Shown here piece after piece: positions 42,412 to 52,569 of a stretch of DNA of 64,000 nucleotides (positions within the stretch are counted from its first letter, which is position 1; each line of letters opens with the position of its first letter). Under the pieces are notes generated by a model. The model searched no databases. It was not told where the DNA came from and saw only the letters and a program-made list of their open reading frames with translations. The translations under genes and the position numbers were made by a program. The stretch is from Aulosira sp. ZfuVER01 (GTDB taxonomy: Bacteria; Cyanobacteriota; Cyanobacteriia; Cyanobacteriales; Nostocaceae): NCBI GenBank assembly GCA_034530615.2, contig JAVRCV020000033.1, positions 32,001 through 96,000 of the forward strand, given 5' to 3'.

Positions 42412-43431
42412 ATGCGTAAGATTGGCGGACAAATACTGGTATGGTTGCAAAGTGGAACATTAAAGCTGTTGATTTTAGCGGGTATCATACTTCTAGTATG
42501 GGGAACTATTGCCCCTGTGGGAACTTTAGTATGGTGGTTAAGTCAAAGTTCTGAAAGCTTAGGAATTAAGAAAAACTCAACGAGAAAATTATCTGGGGAT
42601 AACAGTTCTCTGAAAGTTGATAAATCAGAAAATATCGATTGCTATATAGTTTTTTTACCAGGAGTGGGAGATTTTTCCGCCAATGAATTAACTCCAGGTG
42701 AAGAATTTTTTCTTAATAAACTACAGCAAATTCATCGTAATTGTGTAACAGTACGCGATGTTTTTCCTTATTCCGCTGCTAACGAAAGTTTAGGAGGACA
42801 AAGGTTATTAGCACCTCTATGGAGTGCAGCCGAAAATGCAGATGGTTGGTTATCTAATACAGATGTCTTAATTAAAATTCGTAATCTCTGGCGGTTTGCT
42901 ATTTCTACCGATGACCGCTATGGACATATTTATAACTTGGGAATCGCGAATGCCATTGTTAATCGCATGAATGCCGTATATCCTATACCCGAACATCCAA
43001 AACAAAACCTGAAACTGATTTTGTTAGGAACCAGTGGCGGAGTGCAAGTTGCTCTTGGTGCAGCTCCTAATCTTGAGCGGTGGCTAAAAGCACAATTAAT
43101 TGTTGTCTCTATAGGTGGTGATTTTGATGGCGAAAAAGGCTTTGATGCAGTTGAACATGTGTACCAACTTGTAGGACACCGAGATTGGATTGAAGATATC
43201 AGCCAGATTTTATTTGCTTCACGCTGGCCAATTACAGTAGGTTCACCTTTTAATCAAGCTCGTCGTCAAGGACGTTATACAGTTGTGAAGACAGGCCCTC
43301 ATGCTCATAGCGGATCTCAAGGCTATTTTGGTACAAAAAAAATTGGACAAAGCCAAACAACTTATGTTGAATTAACACTCGAGAAAGTGAATCAACTACC
43401 AATTTGGTCTAATCAAAATCAAAGCCAATAG
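42412..43431 (+). CDS. Membrane-anchored alpha/beta-hydrolase-like hypothetical protein
   Basis: N-terminal TM; FLPGVG, GTSGG elbow, late H..YF. Confidence 0.7.
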   Translation: MRKIGGQILVWLQSGTLKLLILAGIILLVWGTIAPVGTLVWWLSQSSESLGIKKNSTRKLSGDNSSLKVDKSENIDCYIVFLPGVGDFSANELTPGEEFFLNKLQQIHRNCVTVRDVFPYSAANESLGGQRLLAPLWSAAENADGWLSNTDVLIKIRNLWRFAISTDDRYGHIYNLGIANAIVNRMNAVYPIPEHPKQNLKLILLGTSGGVQVALGAAPNLERWLKAQLIVVSIGGDFDGEKGFDAVEHVYQLVGHRDWIEDISQILFASRWPITVGSPFNQARRQGRYTVVKTGPHAHSGSQGYFGTKKIGQSQTTYVELTLEKVNQLPIWSNQNQSQ

Positions 43432-43509
43432 TGCTGGTGCTACAAGTATACATCTTATATAAGTTTGAATATCGACAAACTGCAATTGTACTTAGCAAAT
43501 ACGAAATTT

Positions 43510-45255
43510 CTATTTAAAAGCTTGTTGTAATTCCTGAGAATTCAGAGATTTAATTAAACTTAAGGGTAGTGGTTTATGACTAATAGTATTGATATAATCT
43601 GAGTTTAAGTAAGAATTATAGCTTGGCTGTTGAGCCGCATAAGTTTTGAAAAATAGAACGCTTAAAGCGTTGACATAGCTGCGTGCTAATTCAGGACTAG
43701 AACCGATTACTTGTGTCGGAACGGGAACAACTGCATTTGGTGATTCTACGATAGTTGAAAAGTGAGTGCCACCATTTATTAGCACTAAATATTTATTTGG
43801 AGTAGTCAACCAAGTAAATGGTTTAATCTGTTCTGGTAAAGCTGGAGCTACAGTATCATTACTACCAGATACAATCATTACAGGAATTTTAATTTGGCTC
43901 AGACTGGCTTGTCCAAAAATTTGACTATCAACCGGATTAATCGCAATTATCGCCTTCACTCTCGGATCGGATAAATTATATTGACCCTGCGGTAAGCGTA
44001 CAGCCAAGCACTGAAAGAATAGCGAAATATTTAACGTATCTTCTGGGCTTGGACAGTCTTTTTTGAGTTGTGCAAGATTAATCTTTGCACCTGCTAATGC
44101 TAAAGCTGTATAGCCACCATATGACTGTCCAACTACACCAACTTGGTCTAAATTTAAATGTCCCCTAAATGCTGGGTTAGATTGTGATAAACGAGTGAGT
44201 TCATCTAATAAATATTTCACATCTAGAGGTCGGTCAACAAATTCTCTAGGGTTGGTAACTCTATCTGTTATACCTGATAATAATGCTTGCAACTGCTGAG
44301 AATTGCTACCGGGATGTTCGGGAACCGCAACCACAAATCCATAGGAAGCGAGATGTTCAGCCAAATATGCAAAACTTTGTCTATCAGACCCTAATCCATG
44401 CGAAATGACAATCACTGGGGAAGGTGTTTGTGTCATCGGTAGATAAATATCGGCAGGAAAAGTACGACTACGTGATACATCATTGAGCGTGATAGTTTGC
44501 TTTTGCCAAGTAAAACTTCCTGCTTTTCGTATATCTATCAATGGTGCAACCTTCAGTGCAGAGACAGTGGTTGCTTGCTGTTGGGATTGTTGGTTAATTA
44601 GTGCTACTGCTGCCTGAGTTTGATTTACTAAATCTTGTAATGTATCTACAATTTCCAAACTCCGCGCTAAATTAATTGAGATTGAATTTGCCGGAAATTT
44701 TTGTAGTACATCTAAAAGTGTAAAGCCTTTTGGATCTGTTGCGGCTGCTAAAATCAGTGCGGCGCGAATTGCATAGAAGCCAGATAAATGAGATTCTGTC
44801 TGAATAACTTTTCCTAAATTTGTTAACAGTCTCTCACCAATTGGCGTATAAAGAAACTGAGAAACTTCTGTTGCATTTAAAGAAATAGGAGTTACTAAAA
44901 CTTTTCGTAGTTGAGTTAGTTGTTTTTTATTTATAGAATTTGTATAAGTGGATAAATCTTCATCTACTTTACCTGTTTTAGCATAGGTATCAAGTGATTT
45001 AATTGGAATAGACTGCTCTAAAAGACCGTAATAAAAAGTTAGACGCTCTGCACTTAAAGCAGGATGAACAGTTATTATAGGCAGTAAGCTGATACTGAAA
45101 GTTCCCAAAGCTAATTGTATCCAAACTGCTGGTTTTACTACAAAATCGGTAACTCTGCTCCTATTGAAACACTTCTCCCGATTGCATATAGTGAAATATT
45201 TAATAACCTTCCTGAAAGTAACTGTGTTAACCCCGATCAAAGGTGAATTTTTCAT
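43510..45255 (-). CDS. DUF1400 + alpha/beta hydrolase (predicted dienelactone-hydrolase-like). Start uncertain.
   Basis: ISHGLGS, EHPGS, GQSYGG, GTHFS. Confidence 0.88.
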   Translation of the reverse strand: MKNSPLIGVNTVTFRKVIKYFTICNREKCFNRSRVTDFVVKPAVWIQLALGTFSISLLPIITVHPALSAERLTFYYGLLEQSIPIKSLDTYAKTGKVDEDLSTYTNSINKKQLTQLRKVLVTPISLNATEVSQFLYTPIGERLLTNLGKVIQTESHLSGFYAIRAALILAAATDPKGFTLLDVLQKFPANSISINLARSLEIVDTLQDLVNQTQAAVALINQQSQQQATTVSALKVAPLIDIRKAGSFTWQKQTITLNDVSRSRTFPADIYLPMTQTPSPVIVISHGLGSDRQSFAYLAEHLASYGFVVAVPEHPGSNSQQLQALLSGITDRVTNPREFVDRPLDVKYLLDELTRLSQSNPAFRGHLNLDQVGVVGQSYGGYTALALAGAKINLAQLKKDCPSPEDTLNISLFFQCLAVRLPQGQYNLSDPRVKAIIAINPVDSQIFGQASLSQIKIPVMIVSGSNDTVAPALPEQIKPFTWLTTPNKYLVLINGGTHFSTIVESPNAVVPVPTQVIGSSPELARSYVNALSVLFFKTYAAQQPSYNSYLNSDYINTISHKPLPLSLIKSLNSQELQQAFK

Positions 45256-45270
45256 AATTATTATTCTGCA

Positions 45271-46059
45271 TTATCTAGTAAAATTCTCAGAAATCAAAAT
45301 TTTGTAAAGATTAACATCGCTTTCTAGCAAACAGGCATGACCACTATCAGGTAAAATTTTGATCTGATGATGAGGAAAAATCTTAGCTAACCGTTGTGCC
45401 TCATCTGCTGAAGGTAAAAGTCGATCGGATTTACTGCCAACTATTAAGACAGGTTGAGTAATTTGAGCTAGTTTTTGCTGGTCAATATCAAACTCTCTCA
45501 TTAAAGATAAACGCTGATTAGCTGTTGCTTTAGGTGCAGAACGGGTAGATTTCAAAAGTTCTTCCTTAGCAGGAGATGAAAGTTTATTTAAATGCGCCAG
45601 AAAAGGTAAAGATATCAAAGAAGAAAATTTGTAAAAGAATTTTGGTGTTAAAGGAAATAAAAGGGAACCTAGCGTTAACCAAGGGACACGAGAAAAAGAA
45701 GAAGCAGAATTAATTAAAATAATTCTTGTAAATAGTTGCGGAAATCTCTCTAAAATTTTCAGAGCCAAACAACCTCCAAATGATTCGCCACAAAGGTAAA
45801 CAGATGAACGTGGTGCTTTTTCTAGTTCTAGCTGAGTTAAAGCAGCTACTCGTTGTGTCATTTCATCCCAACCTTTTAAATCATCTGGTGGAATTACAAA
45901 ACAATGTACATCAAAAGCAGTCTCTAAACCTGCTGTTTGAATATACATCAATTCTTTTCCAGTCTCATCCATTCCAGGAAGAAATACAAATAAGGGATTG
46001 CGAGGATTAGAAGGCTGGATAGCCAAGAAATAAGAATGACCGCAAACTTGAGATTGCAT
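45271..46059 (-). CDS. Alpha/beta hydrolase resembling the hydrolase domain of plant PES/ELT proteins
   Basis: FLPGMD, GESFGG, DRLLPS, SGHACLLE. Confidence 0.85.
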   Translation of the reverse strand: MQSQVCGHSYFLAIQPSNPRNPLFVFLPGMDETGKELMYIQTAGLETAFDVHCFVIPPDDLKGWDEMTQRVAALTQLELEKAPRSSVYLCGESFGGCLALKILERFPQLFTRIILINSASSFSRVPWLTLGSLLFPLTPKFFYKFSSLISLPFLAHLNKLSSPAKEELLKSTRSAPKATANQRLSLMREFDIDQQKLAQITQPVLIVGSKSDRLLPSADEAQRLAKIFPHHQIKILPDSGHACLLESDVNLYKILISENFTR

Positions 46060-46430
46060 ATCTATAAATTCAAACTAAGACTCAACTAATTCCGAAATAC
46101 TACTATTGTTTTCCTCTAATTTTTCTGTACTGATATAATCACTAGCTGGTTGTAAATATTTTTGATCGCTTTGAGAATTAAAACCTTGATTCCAAGTAGA
46201 TATCAAAAGATCAATTGGGCGCACTATAATTAAATAAACCCCAAACAATAGCTCAAAATACTAAATTTAGTATTGCTTGTAAAATAATTTTTCTTGCTTA
46301 AAAGTTTGAGCAAATAGTAAAAATTTGCGTAGCAATACCAGCTACAACATTTCCAGCGATCAAAATAGTAATTTGTAATGATTTTTTCATCAGAAAACCT
46401 GAAGTTTTTGCAGTACACCCTCCTATGCTC

Positions 46431-46476
46431 AAAATCTTACATCAGCAAGTTACCCAACTTGCTGATGTAAGATTTT
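46431..46476. terminator. Long perfect hairpin downstream of the Zn dehydrogenase
   Basis: 21-bp stem AAAATCTTACATCAGCAAGTT-ACCC-AACTTGCTGATGTAAGATTTT. Confidence 0.75.
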
Positions 46477-46505
46477 GGATTTATAACACAGTCTTGGGAA
46501 AAAAT

Positions 46506-47735
46506 TTAAACATTAGCTAAAGCGGCTCCAGGTACTAATTCAACTTTCACCCAGCCTGGTTGCCGTTTGTCAAACGCTTTATATGCATCAAGAACTGACA
46601 TTAGCGGTTCGACTTGGGTTAGAACTTTTGTCGGGTCTACTGTGCCATTACGAACTAAATCCACCAAAGTAGGAATATATTTGCGGTGATTACAATTACC
46701 CATATTGATAGTGAGATTTTTGTTCATCGCCATACCAATAGGAAAGAAATTATGGCTGGGTGGGTAAACTCCAATAATCGAAAGTGTACCAGCTTTAGCT
46801 AAAGCTTCAACCGCCCATTCCAAAGCTTGAGAAGGCGCATTACCGGGATGCCAATTGCCATTTTGTGGATTAGTTTTAGGCGCAATTTGTTGTAACTGCT
46901 GCTGAAATTGTTGTGCTTCTTTACGTGCTTTTTCCGCCGCCGGGCCACTGTCAGGCGCATTCGCATCTACACCAACTGCATCAATGGCTCGATCTACACC
47001 AATTCCTCCAGTTAGTTCGTGAATGGCTTCAATTGGATCTTCGGCATTATAATCGATGACTTCTGCACCCAAATCACGCGCCATTTCTAAGCGTGAGGGA
47101 ATTGTATCTACGGCGATAATCCGTCCTGCACCAAATAGCCTAGCACTAACGATCGCAAACTGTCCCACAGGGCCACAACCAAATATAGCTACTGTGTCTC
47201 CTGGTGTAATCTCTGCAATATCAGCTCCAAAGTAAGCCGTCGGGAAGATGTCAGACAACAGAATTGCTTGGTCGTCTGTGACTTCTTTTGGCAGCTTGAC
47301 TAACCCCGCATTGGCATAAGGAATCCGAGCATATTCGGCTTGCAATCCATCAAAGGGGCCTGCTGCTTCCGGCCCGCCAAAAAAAGCTGTCCCAGCGTTA
47401 TGTCCGTGGGGATTAGCATTATCACATTGAGCGTGATAACCTGTGCGACAGTAAGAACAGTAACCACAGGCAATAGTTGAAGGAACGACAACGCGATCGC
47501 CTACTTTAAAATTCCGCACATTGGAACCAATCTCTTCAATAATTCCAACTCCTTCATGTCCTAAAATTGTACCAGGTTTCATTCCTGTGAATGTTCCCCG
47601 AATCATGTGTAAATCTGTGCCACAAATTGCACTAGAAGTCAGCCGAATAATGGCATCTGTTGGCTCTTTAATTTTTGGTTCTGGGACATTATCTAAGCGA
47701 ATATCTCCAATTCTATGAAAGACAACTGCTTTCAT
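46506..47735 (-). CDS. Zn-dependent MDR dehydrogenase (formaldehyde-dehydrogenase-like)
   Basis: CGTD, GHE, CGYCSYC..C, LSDIFPT, GCGPVG. Confidence 0.93.
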   Translation of the reverse strand: MKAVVFHRIGDIRLDNVPEPKIKEPTDAIIRLTSSAICGTDLHMIRGTFTGMKPGTILGHEGVGIIEEIGSNVRNFKVGDRVVVPSTIACGYCSYCRTGYHAQCDNANPHGHNAGTAFFGGPEAAGPFDGLQAEYARIPYANAGLVKLPKEVTDDQAILLSDIFPTAYFGADIAEITPGDTVAIFGCGPVGQFAIVSARLFGAGRIIAVDTIPSRLEMARDLGAEVIDYNAEDPIEAIHELTGGIGVDRAIDAVGVDANAPDSGPAAEKARKEAQQFQQQLQQIAPKTNPQNGNWHPGNAPSQALEWAVEALAKAGTLSIIGVYPPSHNFFPIGMAMNKNLTINMGNCNHRKYIPTLVDLVRNGTVDPTKVLTQVEPLMSVLDAYKAFDKRQPGWVKVELVPGAALANV

Positions 47736-48412
47736 TGTGAATACTCCTAATTCCTGAGTTTACCTTTCGGAAAATAACTGGTATCTGGCGAATTTAGCTA
47801 ATATGAAATCTGCTGAAATATTTATGCCATAGAGATGAAATATTTCTTACCAAAATTAAATTTTTAAATGACTCATTTAGGAAAAGATTGAGTCAGTTTT
47901 GCACTACATGGCATACGTACTTAGAGACTATAGTATCTATATTTCTATAGTTTCTTATCATCCTCTAGGAGGATATAAATTATAGAGACTGTAGATGGTC
48001 AGATCGGGTAGAGAAAAGTTAAGCAATAGTACACTGGTTAACAACATAGCACTTGGCATGACAGGCTTTTCTACAAGAATCTTTGCAACGCCATATACTT
48101 TCGCTACTTCCCTAAGTTGCCAGTTACTAGCAGAAATTCAACAAAAGCAAAAAAAGAATATCTTCTTAAATATCTCTATCTCAAGGAATATTTTATTTCT
48201 AATTAAATTTTTATATTAAAATATCTAGATAAAACATACATATTTGATAAAATTATTTCTAGATAATAAAGTTAAAATAAATTTGTCATATTAGTTTCAT
48301 TGAGCCAACAGCATCTAAGTTAAAATTAAGCAATAACATATCTTTGATTTAGTTAATCAAATTTATTTAGCATTTAAATAGATTAATTTCTCTAAAAGTT
48401 GAGACAGAATAT

Positions 48413-48844
48413 ATGCAAAATATCCACCCGATGTTTGTTCATTTTCCTTTAGCCTTACTTTCTGTAGGCTTACTTTTTGATATTCTTGGTTATTTTCTGA
48501 AAAAGCAATCCTTATCTAGTGCTGGATGGTGGTGTTTTTCTTTAGGTGTTCTATCAGCGATTGTCACGGTATTTACAGGAATGCAAGCCGAACATTCAGT
48601 TAGAGTTACTGGAGAAGCCCATGAAATTTTAGAGAATCACGAACACTTCCAAATAACTTCTACGGTAGTGTTTGTAGTATTGGGGATTTGGCGCAGTATC
48701 ACCAGGGAAGGTATACCAAAATTTGCCATTATTTATTTTGTCATTGCGGCGATCGCAGTCGGTGCAATTTTCTACGGCTCTCACTATGGCGGAGAATTAG
48801 TGTATGAACATGGTGTGGGTACAGCCGTACAGCCGCCTATATAG
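48413..48844 (+). CDS. DUF2231 membrane protein
   Basis: HPMFVHFP, four TM, HYGGELVY.HGVG. Confidence 0.88.
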   Translation: MQNIHPMFVHFPLALLSVGLLFDILGYFLKKQSLSSAGWWCFSLGVLSAIVTVFTGMQAEHSVRVTGEAHEILENHEHFQITSTVVFVVLGIWRSITREGIPKFAIIYFVIAAIAVGAIFYGSHYGGELVYEHGVGTAVQPPI

Positions 48845-48871
48845 AGAAGGAACAAAGCAGAAGAAATTTCT

Positions 48872-48983
48872 GGCATTGCTGAATAAAGGGATGAAAATTA
48901 AAAATTTGATTTCTCCAACTCTTGCTCTCTGCGCCTCTGCGCCTCTGCGTGAGACAAAAATCATCCCACCAATAAGCAACGCC
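48872..48983. mobile_element. 112-bp MITE with 8-bp target duplication
   Basis: Imperfect 23-bp TIRs GGCATTGCT...GGGATGA / TCATCCC...AGCAACGCC; AAATTTCT at 48864-48871 and 48984-48991; internal CTCTGCGC repeats. Confidence 0.8.
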
Positions 48984-49086
48984 AAATTTCTTTTAACCTA
49001 CTGCCTTGTTCTATACATTTAAACAAGCATTGTTTAGCATCAATGCAATTACATCAAAGAGAGTAACCTTACCTCAAACAGTAGGA

Positions 49087-49527
49087 TTACTCCATACTTG
49101 GTGTCTCGTCAAATTGCACCATCATCAGGACAGCTGGCGCATCACCTACTGTTCCAGACAAATGACCCTTATGCCCATGTGCGTCCTCTTTCGTTCCCTG
49201 ATCTCCGCCAAATGAAATTTCGCCAGGCCCCATCTCTACTCGCTGTCCGTCCATAGTTTCCACAAACCAGTGCCCTGAAAGCGGTACAATCCACTGAGGC
49301 TTCGGGTTTTCATGCCAGTTTCCCACCCATCCTACTGGTAAAACAGTATACGTAATTGTGGCACCAGGCTGCTTCAATTTAGCCAGCCATTGAGGAGAGG
49401 TATCTGGTGCTATACCTTTTTGAATGAAATCCTCAATCTGACGGCGGGACTGGTGACTTACACCGTCTTGATCAGTCCAAACATACCAGTAGTCAATTGT
49501 CGGTTTGCGCGATTGATTATTCTGCAT
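49087..49527 (-). CDS. Cupin domain protein
   Basis: WHENPKPQW, MGPGEISFGGDQ, GH.SG; ATG at 49527 with AGAGG RBS. Confidence 0.85.
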   Translation of the reverse strand: MQNNQSRKPTIDYWYVWTDQDGVSHQSRRQIEDFIQKGIAPDTSPQWLAKLKQPGATITYTVLPVGWVGNWHENPKPQWIVPLSGHWFVETMDGQRVEMGPGEISFGGDQGTKEDAHGHKGHLSGTVGDAPAVLMMVQFDETPSME

Positions 49528-49570
49528 AAAAATGCCTCTTTTTGACTGGTGTATTAGCAGGCGATCGCTA

Positions 49571-50044
49571 TTATTGGATAATGCCTGGTTGTACTGGTCT
49601 AACTCTGACTTTACCTGTACAAGCATTAATTGTTTCTGGCAAAGTGAAATGGTGGTAGGCGTTTGGCGGCGTGATTTCAATCTTCACAGAGGTTGGACAA
49701 GACTGACCAACATCTGTAATGTGGTTGTAAGCAATATCGAATGAAGCTTGCCCATTTGGGGCTAAAGTCACTTGTTGTAGAGACTGCTGTTTTGCAGAAT
49801 ATGGGTTTGAGGAACGTATCACTTTCACGCCTTTTAGCGGCTGATTTTTAGAATCTAGCAACTCAAATCCCGGATAACCATAGAGGTTGCAAGGCAATGA
49901 GCTTTTATTAGTAAAAGCATAAATAATGGCAACCTTTCCTGCACCAGCATTTGTAGATACTTTACGTACAGATAATTGTTCAGTTTGGCAACTTGGAGGA
50001 TGAGAAGCAGAGTTAGTTTGAGGGCTAGAACGTTCTGTAGTCAC
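49571..50044 (-). CDS. DUF4232 domain protein, possibly missing its N-terminus
   Basis: C...QLS, TN.S..PC.L.GYP, VTLAP...ASF; in-frame stop upstream and no signal peptide. Confidence 0.7.
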   Translation of the reverse strand: MTTERSSPQTNSASHPPSCQTEQLSVRKVSTNAGAGKVAIIYAFTNKSSLPCNLYGYPGFELLDSKNQPLKGVKVIRSSNPYSAKQQSLQQVTLAPNGQASFDIAYNHITDVGQSCPTSVKIEITPPNAYHHFTLPETINACTGKVRVRPVQPGIIQ

Positions 50045-50092
50045 TGGCGTTGAATCTGCAAAACATCTAATACCGTTGTGACAATCTCACAA

Positions 50093-52483
50093 CTAATTAA
50101 CTGAAACTGTATAATTACGCTCTTCCCATTTATTACTATCAACCCAGAAAAATGTAAAGCTAACTGTTTGTTGTTGAGCAGATACAGGAATATCAACGAA
50201 ATTCAATCCTAATTTTGTGGCAGTAGAAGGCGTATCTTGTGTAGTTTGCCAGTTATCATCTGACCAGTGCAACTGAAAATATTCTAAAGCTTGAATTCGC
50301 AATGTCTGGTCTTTTTTGACTTGCTTTATTTGGCGGTTAAACTTCCAAATTTCTAATGATTTACACTGCTTTCTTTCACCTAAATATCGATTCGCTACTT
50401 CTGGAATAAAATCAAAAACCTGACCATCATTAGTTGACCGCAGCAGTTTGATATACTCGGCGTGCGCCCACATTAAAGGCATTGCTGAACCTGTGGGTTT
50501 TCCTAAATACATATGAACATCAGGTTTATCGGCTTCATCCCAAACTTGTTCTGGTAGCAAACAAGTTTCTGAAGCAAATCCTTCCATCGCTTTGATATAT
50601 GTTTTGACATCACCACCAGCGGCTAATTCATAGTGTCCTCGTTCTCCTGTTAAAAGAGGCCAAGCACGTCCTTTACCCCAATCAACATAAGGCTCTCCAT
50701 TTTCTTGCTGTCCGTAACCGTCGTGATTGTAACGATGCCAACAAGGCCCGACTGGTGTATCTACTTTTAAGACTGCATCAATTACCTTGACAGAATCAAC
50801 AATAATTGGATCGTTGGGTTTACGAATTCCATAACGCACCAATTGTAAAAACCCGCCATCGACAATTTCTTTTGCAGGAAATTCTGTTGGTTCCCCTGGT
50901 GGCTGGCTAGCGATGAAAATAGTTCCTTGGTTTGGATTTTCGTTAGGTTGAGGATTATTAATCTCTGTAGGAGTAATCCGAATATAATGCCGTTTGATTC
51001 CAGGAACTAGAGTGCCTTCAGTAGTTACTGTCCAGTCTTCAATGTGAGATTCTAAAAAATCTGCGTATTCTTCGATGAATTGCGCTGTTGCTTCATCACC
51101 GATTTCACGCACAAATTGCGCCGCGCAGATTAAGCCAGCAATATTGGCTGCTAGTGTAGAAGGTGAATAACCGCTACATTCCTCCCAGCGTTCTTGTTGG
51201 GTAGCAGGGCCATGACGAATTAAATAACCCGCAGCCCGTAAAATCATGGGATAAATATCAAAGTTTAGTGGTACATTTTCCTGATGTAAAAGCCATGCTA
51301 GAAGAATCGGAAATGCTACTTCATCTAGTTGGATGCCTTTCCAATAGGGTTCGCCATCAACCCAGAAATTTTGCGCAAATCCGCCGTCTTCCTGTTGACT
51401 GGTAGCAAGATAAATCAGCGATCGCACTGCGGTATCAGTTTCCCCAGCGGCCACTAAACCTGCTACACTGCTCACCATATCCCGCGTCCAGACTAGGTGA
51501 TATCCTCCTTGGTCTTGGTCATCTTTAGCTTCACCCCAAGGTATAGCCATAGATGCAATCAAAGCACCAGGATAAGTTTTATCTTCATGCGCCAACAATA
51601 GACTAACGCTGTTGTGATACAACTTTCCTCGATCGTAGGAACTATTTTCTAACGGTTTGATGTCGCTACGCGATCGCTTCCACTGTTCGTTGTATTGCTG
51701 CTTTTGCTGTTCAAAAGGAATATTGAGCGACTGAAACAATGTGGAAATTGCATTGTGCAGTGTTGTACCGAATGCCAATCCTAAAGTAAACTCTTTACTG
51801 GCATTGAGATTTAGTTTTCCAGTCAAAGCCAAGTTGCCATCTAGAGCACGATCGAACTCCCAATCCATCAGAAAATTATCAGCTAAATCTGTCCAGCCAT
51901 CGCTTTGTCCAACATAGCCACAGGAAAGACGAGTAAACGGAACTGTTGCGCCTAGTGCTAACCAAGTTCCTCCTTTTTCTGCTACGAGAATATTTTTTCC
52001 AGCTACTTCTACCGCGTAACCATTATTACCTCTACCGCTAACTTCCAGATGCGGCGCACACAAAGCGTATAGCTGAAGTTGGGAAATAAAATCCCGATCT
52101 CCCGTTAATTTTGTGTGCTGTAAAATACAGGATAAATGCGGATCGGCGATCGCTTCCTTAATCACGGCATAACGCCCTTGGGGATCGGAATTAGTAATGC
52201 GGTATCCTAAGCCATAAGTCCACAGATGTTCTACTTTCGATTCTAAATGGCGTTTCTCTTCGTGGAAAAAGCTTTTGCCATCAGAAATTAGATATTGCAA
52301 ATCCCGAATTTGGGGTCTATCTACTGTAGGATGGTAGACCTCAGTGACAATGCCGTTCCAGACAGTAAACCAAACGCGACTGGAGGTAGAGTAGGCTGTT
52401 CCGACTGCATCTTTATTCGCATGAGTCCATCGCGGATCTATACCTGGTGAGCCAAAAGCCTGTGCTTGACTAAGAATTTTCAT
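50093..52483 (-). CDS. GH15 glucoamylase/glucodextranase
   Basis: GYHLVWTRD, QLDE, QERWEE, LPEQVW, AMPLMWAHAEY. Confidence 0.93.
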   Translation of the reverse strand: MKILSQAQAFGSPGIDPRWTHANKDAVGTAYSTSSRVWFTVWNGIVTEVYHPTVDRPQIRDLQYLISDGKSFFHEEKRHLESKVEHLWTYGLGYRITNSDPQGRYAVIKEAIADPHLSCILQHTKLTGDRDFISQLQLYALCAPHLEVSGRGNNGYAVEVAGKNILVAEKGGTWLALGATVPFTRLSCGYVGQSDGWTDLADNFLMDWEFDRALDGNLALTGKLNLNASKEFTLGLAFGTTLHNAISTLFQSLNIPFEQQKQQYNEQWKRSRSDIKPLENSSYDRGKLYHNSVSLLLAHEDKTYPGALIASMAIPWGEAKDDQDQGGYHLVWTRDMVSSVAGLVAAGETDTAVRSLIYLATSQQEDGGFAQNFWVDGEPYWKGIQLDEVAFPILLAWLLHQENVPLNFDIYPMILRAAGYLIRHGPATQQERWEECSGYSPSTLAANIAGLICAAQFVREIGDEATAQFIEEYADFLESHIEDWTVTTEGTLVPGIKRHYIRITPTEINNPQPNENPNQGTIFIASQPPGEPTEFPAKEIVDGGFLQLVRYGIRKPNDPIIVDSVKVIDAVLKVDTPVGPCWHRYNHDGYGQQENGEPYVDWGKGRAWPLLTGERGHYELAAGGDVKTYIKAMEGFASETCLLPEQVWDEADKPDVHMYLGKPTGSAMPLMWAHAEYIKLLRSTNDGQVFDFIPEVANRYLGERKQCKSLEIWKFNRQIKQVKKDQTLRIQALEYFQLHWSDDNWQTTQDTPSTATKLGLNFVDIPVSAQQQTVSFTFFWVDSNKWEERNYTVSVN

Positions 52484-52569
52484 GATTTAGCTTTGAGTAG
52501 CTTTTTGGTTATTTTTTTTGATAACTATTGATAGTTTTTTCAAAAAGTAAGATTGCAAATACAGAGAGT

